DNA of 64,000 nt, taken from the IMG/VR virus record IMGVR_UViG_3300005365_000022, positions 24,171 through 88,170 of that record; one strand, 5' to 3'. Position 1 is the stretch's first letter; each line of letters opens with the position of its first letter. The stretch comes from a virus (lineage: Duplodnaviria > Caudoviricetes). This document shows, one piece after another, positions 63,939-64,000 of the stretch. The notes below the pieces were generated by a model. The model searched no databases. It had not been told where the DNA came from and saw only the letters and a list, made by a program, of their open reading frames with translations. A program made the translations under genes and the position numbers.

Positions 63939-64000
63939 ATGGCCTGGCAATTCGACGTCACGACGCGCAACGCCGCGCTCGACGCCCGCGAGTCATCCAT
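63939..64000 (+). CDS. Start of a probable virion protein (truncated by window end)
   Basis: MAWQFDVTTRNAALDARES resembles common phage tail-protein N-termini. Confidence 0.35.
   Translation, partial: MAWQFDVTTRNAALDARESS

Noticed and set aside
1-64000. Most long overlapping ORFs in the track (e.g. 15078-16190 +, 16127-17644 -, 34739-36016 +, 51367-52671 -, 45132-47306 + upstream part)
   Set aside because: Shadow frames typical of about 70% GC DNA, R/P/A/G-rich and overlapping motif-bearing genes
1-64000. Integrase, att site or IS element
   Set aside because: No tyrosine/serine recombinase or transposase motifs recognised; lifestyle cannot be fixed from this window

Overview
This 64 kb, very GC-rich window is a continuous piece of a tailed dsDNA (pro)phage genome. 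The host is probably Myxococcota-like; that is an inference from composition and gene families. The minus strand (about 1-45.5 kb) carries head/packaging genes: a TerS candidate, TerL with a LAGLIDADG intein, the portal, and a MuF minor head protein fused to a kinase domain. These are interleaved with clusters of small genes headed by a repeated sigma70-type promoter/operator. The same strand also carries two tRNAs (fMet, Val), two DNA methyltransferases (one with an in-frame LAGLIDADG insertion), a SNF2 helicase, RusA, DnaB and a replication initiator with internal iterons. A divergent plus-strand block (45.7-54.3 kb) encodes YqaJ, UvrD-like, SMC-like ATPase, RecT-like, ParB and LuxR-type proteins. 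A lysis cassette and tail-type genes follow, with inserted accessory genes. The outstanding feature is a stand-alone RAMP/Cas7-like gene (18956-19741, minus) abutting a ~1.08 kb non-CRISPR array. The array has about 30 units, each GTCRC + 3 nt + n x (G/GG-led pentamers), with unit spacing mostly 5n+3. This is a candidate phage RNA-guided system with no other cas genes in the window. No integrase or major capsid gene lies in the window. Several single-lesion pseudogenes suggest mild decay or sequence error. All calls come from reading motifs by eye; no database searches were run.
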